Shown: positions 47,820-51,629 of the stretch, one piece after another
How the letters are laid out: every line of letters starts with the position of its first letter
Numbering within the stretch: position 1 is the stretch's first letter
Made by a program: the position numbers and the translations under genes
The notes under the pieces: generated by a model
What the model was told of the DNA's origin: nothing
The model's database searches: none
Seen by the model: the letters and a program-made list of their open reading frames with translations, nothing else
From: Chloroflexota bacterium
GTDB lineage: Bacteria; Chloroflexota; UBA11872
Length of the DNA stretch: 51,629 nt
Direction of reading: 5' to 3'
Assembly: GCA_028875175.1 (NCBI GenBank)
Contig: JAPPFO010000031.1
Location: forward strand, 1-51,629

Positions 47820-48757
47820 CGTGGCCGCCGTCGAGAAAGTCCCGCAACGAAGCCTGTCATCTTGGCCAGGTCTCCAACAATCCGTAACGCCGGCGCCAGC
47901 GCGCCCGCCACCAGCGGATTGAGCCCGGACGCGCGTCGGACCACATCCGGTACCCGCCGCAACGAGCCGCTCAGGTAGGCGCTGGTCAGCACCGCCAGCA
48001 AAACTCGCGCCACCGGCGACGGGTGTTGCAGCAGTCCCAGACCTAGCGCGTACGCGCCATATCGCAGGGCGTGCCGCGGCAACAGCATGCCGGCATGGCC
48101 GTCGCCGGCGGCGTACGCAAAGTACTGCCGGAAGAATGCAGCCACCGTGGAGCGCGGTCGGATTCCTACGTCCGCGCCCTGCGCATGTCGAAACCAGCCG
48201 CCACAGCGCCAGATCGCGCGGTCCAGCCACAAATCCTCACCGTGGGCCAGCCACTCCGGGTAGCCGCCCACGCGCTCCAGCCACTCGCGGCGGAACAGCG
48301 CCGATCCGCTGCTCGGGGTATTGGGGTACGGGTCAATCTGCCGCGCCAGCGGCAGCGCCACCGCGCCCAACGCCGCCTCCAACGTCGTGTGCGGCGCCGC
48401 CAGAATGTACCCAAACGATCCGGCGGCCAGCGGCTCGACCTGCACGGCCGAAACAAGAGACGCCAGCCAGTCGGGTGATCGCCTGAGCCCCGCGTCCGTC
48501 ACCGCAACCAGCGGCGCCTCGGTTTCGGCGATCGCTCGATTACGTCCGGCGGAAATATTCGTCCCAGGCGCCCGCAGCAGCGTCAACCGAGAATCTCCGT
48601 TAGCCGCCTCCGACAAGGCCTCAAACGTGCCGTCGTCAGACCCGCCATCCACAATCACGACTTCATCGGCCGCCAGCGACTGCTCCCGCAGGCTCGCCAC
48701 CAACGCCGCCGCGTCTGATGCTTCATTCTTCACGGTGGCGCAGACCGCGACCTTCAC
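47816..48757 (-). CDS. Family 2 glycosyltransferase with hydrophobic C-terminal region
   Basis: VAVCATVKNE, VVIVDGGSDDGT, VAVTDAG and GEDLWL. The GTG start gives a GTGA overlap with the upstream stop. Confidence 0.82.
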   Translation of the reverse strand: MKVAVCATVKNEASDAAALVASLREQSLAADEVVIVDGGSDDGTFEALSEAANGDSRLTLLRAPGTNISAGRNRAIAETEAPLVAVTDAGLRRSPDWLASLVSAVQVEPLAAGSFGYILAAPHTTLEAALGAVALPLARQIDPYPNTPSSGSALFRREWLERVGGYPEWLAHGEDLWLDRAIWRCGGWFRHAQGADVGIRPRSTVAAFFRQYFAYAAGDGHAGMLLPRHALRYGAYALGLGLLQHPSPVARVLLAVLTSAYLSGSLRRVPDVVRRASGLNPLVAGALAPALRIVGDLAKMTGFVAGLSRRRPR

Positions 48758-49965
48758 GGCGCCGCTCCGGCCGCCGGCTCAGGCAAACCGGCATACGCGT
48801 CAAGCAGGCGCTGACCCACAACCGAGGCATCGTGTTCGCTATTGACAAACGCGAGTCCGGCCTCCGCCGCCTTCGCATAGGCAGTCGGATCAGTGGCCAG
48901 GGTCGTGACCTCCTTCACGAAATCGCCCGGTCCGCTCGGCAGCGCCACGCCAATCCCGCCGCGCGCCGGCAGCCCAACATATCCCTGCGCTCGGGCCACC
49001 ACCGGCCGGCCTGCCGCCAGGGCCGAAAGGACCTTGTATGGCGCGCCGGATGCGACCGACGTTGGTGAAACGGCCAGCCAGCAACGCCGATACTCCCGGT
49101 CGATATCGTTCACGGTCCCGCCCAGGGTGGCGCGCACCGGAGCGATCGGGCGAAGGTCCTCCGAGTGCGGGCCTACCACCCGCAGTTCGGCGCGCGGCAG
49201 CCGTCGCGCAACGGCTGGCCACACCTGGCCGAACAGCCACTCCGCCGCCATGATGTTCGGGCGGTACGCGAAGTTCGCGGCAAAGAGAACCTGCGGGTGC
49301 GCGGACTGGCCGTCCCGATCCGGCTTCGCCTGCCCGGCCCGCACCGGATGAGGGATGTACACCGGGTCCTTGGCGCCCAATGCCGCCAGCCCCGCCCGAT
49401 CGTCGGGCGACGACGCAATGGCCAGGTCGACTGTTTGCGCGATCCAGGCTTCCACCCGGCGCAGCAGGCCCGCCTGCCGGCGGGCCCACAAGGAGCGCAG
49501 ACTCGCGCTCGCCTCCGCCAGGCTCCTTTGCAGCATCCACTCAATGTTGTGCGCGTCGCAGACCACCCGTGGTCGTTCGGTCGCGTGCGGCGTCGCGGTC
49601 CAGACATCGTGAATCAGCGGCGCCAGCTGGGCCTGGGCCACGTGCACGGCGTGATACTCGCCGCTGCTCAGCAGCAGCTGGACACGGCCGCGCAGGATGC
49701 GGGACCCGTGGCGAATCAGCAGGTCGGGAACGCCCCCCCGCCAACCGCCCCGCAGTCGCCGCCCAAGCGTCGGCGGCGCCGCGCGTACCTGGATGACCCG
49801 GCCTATGCAGGCGGGCGCTGGGACCGGCGGCGCCCCGGGCCGATCGAGCGTCACCACGTCCACCCGGTGTTCGCTGGCCAGTGCTTCGATCAGCAGGCCG
49901 TTCCGAATCGCCGCGCCGTGCGTGGCCGGCCACGGTGATGTCGAGGTAATCGCCAGAATGTTCAC
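48754..49965 (-). CDS. Family 4 (GT-B) glycosyltransferase
   Basis: MNILAITSTSPWPATHGAAIRN N-terminus. The C-terminal half has a GT-B-type sugar-donor region (LFAANFAYRPN..., SGAPYKVLSALAAGRPVV). GTG start with a GTGA overlap. Confidence 0.78.
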   Translation of the reverse strand: MNILAITSTSPWPATHGAAIRNGLLIEALASEHRVDVVTLDRPGAPPVPAPACIGRVIQVRAAPPTLGRRLRGGWRGGVPDLLIRHGSRILRGRVQLLLSSGEYHAVHVAQAQLAPLIHDVWTATPHATERPRVVCDAHNIEWMLQRSLAEASASLRSLWARRQAGLLRRVEAWIAQTVDLAIASSPDDRAGLAALGAKDPVYIPHPVRAGQAKPDRDGQSAHPQVLFAANFAYRPNIMAAEWLFGQVWPAVARRLPRAELRVVGPHSEDLRPIAPVRATLGGTVNDIDREYRRCWLAVSPTSVASGAPYKVLSALAAGRPVVARAQGYVGLPARGGIGVALPSGPGDFVKEVTTLATDPTAYAKAAEAGLAFVNSEHDASVVGQRLLDAYAGLPEPAAGAAP

Positions 49966-51029
49966 GCGCTGGCCTCGTAGACCGCCAGGGTGTCGCGTGC
50001 CGTTCGCTCCCAGCTGAACTTCGCGGCTCGAGCGCGGCCTCGAGCGCCCAGCGAGGCACGCAGTCCCTCATCGTCGGCCAGTTGATCGATGGCCGCGGTT
50101 AAACCCTCGACATCGTCCGGCTCAATCAGCAGCGCGTCCTCACCCACCACTTCCGGCACCGTACCTACCCTGGCCGCGATCACTGGTGTTCCGCTCGACA
50201 TGGCTTCCACTGCCGGGAGGCCAAACCCTTCGTCGAGCGACGGAAGGAGAACGAACTCCGCCTGGCTCAGGAGGCGAACCAGCATTTCGTCGCTCACGCG
50301 CCCCGGAAAGCGCACGCACTCGGTTCCTGGTTCGCTCCGCACGGCGCGCACGATCTCCGCCCCCCGGTAACCAAGCGCCCCGGCAACCAGGAGCGTTCCG
50401 TTTTGAGCAAACGACGATGCGCCAAAGGCGCGCGCCGCCAACGCCACGTTCTTGCGCGGCTGAATCGTGCCAACCATCAGCCCAAACGGTCCTGGCCAGG
50501 CCCGCTCGTCGCAGGTTTCGTTGGTCGCCGACAGCCCTGGCGCGTATGGAATAACCGTGAGGCGAGCTTCGTCCGCGAGATCGCGCTCCAGGATCGCCGT
50601 GCGTACGTGCTTGGACGGAACGATTACGGCCCGTGCCCGCCGCCAACTCCGAATGGCGCCGGCATAGTGCCGCCGGCTTGCCGCGGCATGGGTTTCGGGA
50701 TGTGTGAGAAACGAGATGTCGTGGACAGTCACGACCGCAGGCACCTCAACGCCGTCGGGAATCCCATGGTCCGGATAGTGCGCCAGATCTGTTCCGCGCA
50801 GAGCGCGCCCCAACAGGAACCGTTCAAGCCGCCCGCGAACCGGGGCGAACGCCGAACGCACAGGCAGCGATGGCCTGCCCGGCAGCCGCCCGCGCCGGTC
50901 CGCCAGCAACTCAATCTCCATGCCGTCCCGCGGCTGCCTCGCCAACGCCTCCTGCAACCGCCAGATATACCGGCCGATGCCCGCCTGGTCATGCCGCAGC
51001 ATTCGCCCGTCCAGTGCGACGTTCGTCAT
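49962..51029 (-). CDS. Family 4 (GT-B) glycosyltransferase
   Basis: From ATG 51029: MTNVALDGRMLRHDQAGIGRYIWRL. It also has the EX7E-like region LPSLDEGFGLPAVEAMSSGTPVIA. ATGA overlap with the upstream stop. The ORF-track start at 51554 lies inside the upstream gene. Confidence 0.85.
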   Translation of the reverse strand: MTNVALDGRMLRHDQAGIGRYIWRLQEALARQPRDGMEIELLADRRGRLPGRPSLPVRSAFAPVRGRLERFLLGRALRGTDLAHYPDHGIPDGVEVPAVVTVHDISFLTHPETHAAASRRHYAGAIRSWRRARAVIVPSKHVRTAILERDLADEARLTVIPYAPGLSATNETCDERAWPGPFGLMVGTIQPRKNVALAARAFGASSFAQNGTLLVAGALGYRGAEIVRAVRSEPGTECVRFPGRVSDEMLVRLLSQAEFVLLPSLDEGFGLPAVEAMSSGTPVIAARVGTVPEVVGEDALLIEPDDVEGLTAAIDQLADDEGLRASLGARGRARAAKFSWERTARDTLAVYEASA

Positions 51030-51629
51030 GCCGGACTTGACGCGCGGTTGCCCGCCTGGTTCACGACCAGCCCGGCGAGCCCTCCAACCAGAAACACCAG
51101 GTGCGGGAAACTCACGATGTGGTGATCGAACACACCGGCCACCCCGAACGCCGCCAGCGAGGCAAGCAGCGGTCGCAGCGCGGGGTCGGCGGCGGTCGTC
51201 TTGATGGCCGCCGTGGCGGCGCCTCCCAGCAGTCCCAGGTGGGCCAGCGCAGCCAGCACGCCCGCCCGCTCCGCCAGCCAAAGCCACGCATTGGAAACCC
51301 CGGCAAAGATGTCTGGATGCGGCGGGTCGCCATACCCCACGCCCAACAGCGGAAACCTGCCGATAACCCGGAGTGCCTCTCGAATCTCGCCGATTCGCAG
51401 CGCCGCCGAACGATCCTCGCCCAGCAAGCCCTGGCGAATCCGCTCGAAGGGTTCCAGAGGAGCGGCCGCTACCGCTACGCCCAGCACCGCGGCCGCCGCG
51501 GCCGCCAGACGCGGTCGCACCAGCGCCAGCCATACCAGCAGACCGGCGGCGCAAGCAATCCAGCTTGCCCGGGAAATGGTCAACGCCAGGGCCCCGCCAA
51601 TCAGCGCGAGGGCGGCCAGTCCCAGCGCG
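51026..51629 (-). CDS. O-antigen ligase/polymerase (Wzy)-like polytopic membrane protein, 5' part outside window
   Basis: The frame stays open to the right edge (...ALGLAALALIGGALALTISRASWIACAAGLLVWLAL...). The SR(A/G)SW-plus-hydrophobic pattern and multiple TM segments resemble the Wzy_C / O-antigen ligase family. It sits at the head of the GT genes. Confidence 0.55.
   Translation of the reverse strand, partial: ALGLAALALIGGALALTISRASWIACAAGLLVWLALVRPRLAAAAAAVLGVAVAAAPLEPFERIRQGLLGEDRSAALRIGEIREALRVIGRFPLLGVGYGDPPHPDIFAGVSNAWLWLAERAGVLAALAHLGLLGGAATAAIKTTAADPALRPLLASLAAFGVAGVFDHHIVSFPHLVFLVGGLAGLVVNQAGNRASSPA

Noticed and set aside
1-51629. Screened for CRISPR repeats, tRNA/rRNA genes, IS elements and inverted terminal repeats, integrases, toxin-antitoxin pairs and defence genes.
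   Set aside because: I saw no spaced direct-repeat array, no T-loop (GGTTCGAATCC-like) with matching acceptor stems, and no transposase, integrase or nuclease-like ORFs. All non-coding gaps except 39115-39572 are under ~115 bp. A covariance-model scan (tRNAscan-SE or Infernal) was not possible here and would be the decisive check.

Overview
This is a 51.6-kb, high-GC (roughly two-thirds G+C by eye), almost gap-free bacterial chromosomal segment. I call 62 protein-coding genes, two of them cut by the window edges. I found no rRNA or tRNA genes, CRISPR array, IS element, transposase, integrase, prophage or recognisable defence-island content. Layout: (i) 1-3037, minus strand: glycine-cleavage genes gcvH-gcvPA-gcvPB. 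(ii) 3088-9975: a mixed block with a YabN/MazG-type NTP pyrophosphohydrolase, a Tat-exported M28-like protein with a degenerate active site, a translationally coupled DmpA-type peptidase plus DUF62 SAM hydrolase pair, and an overlapping M50 protease-HD-scpA-scpB string. (iii) 9972-39114, minus strand: an uninterrupted ~29-kb transcription/translation supercluster rpoB-rpoC-rpsL-rpsG-fusA-tuf-[S10 operon]-[spc operon with secY-adk-map-infA-rpmJ]-[alpha operon]-truA-rplM-rpsI. (iv) 39115-39572: the only sizeable non-coding gap, upstream of rpoB. (v) 39573-42656, minus strand: grpE-dnaJ-prmA-HIT, all joined by 4-nt overlaps, with no dnaK. (vi) 42753-51629, minus strand: a start/stop-overlapped surface-glycan operon (Wzy/O-antigen-ligase-like, 2x GT4, 2x GT2, WbaP-type priming transferase). 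It ends in a 924-aa Tat-lipoprotein built from two six-bladed NHL propellers plus an unassigned C-terminal domain. I did not find a clear-cut novel multi-gene system. The best candidates for follow-up are the glycan operon coupled to the NHL protein, an IF-1 with a loop insertion and extensions together with an inserted S12, the long untranslated region upstream of rpoB, and the pseudo-M28 lipoprotein. Zinc-type S4, L36, S14 and L24 and a large beta-prime insertion suggest a Thermus/Chloroflexota-like Terrabacteria lineage, but that is only a guess. All calls come from reading the sequence and ORF translations by eye. No database search, covariance model or folding program was run.
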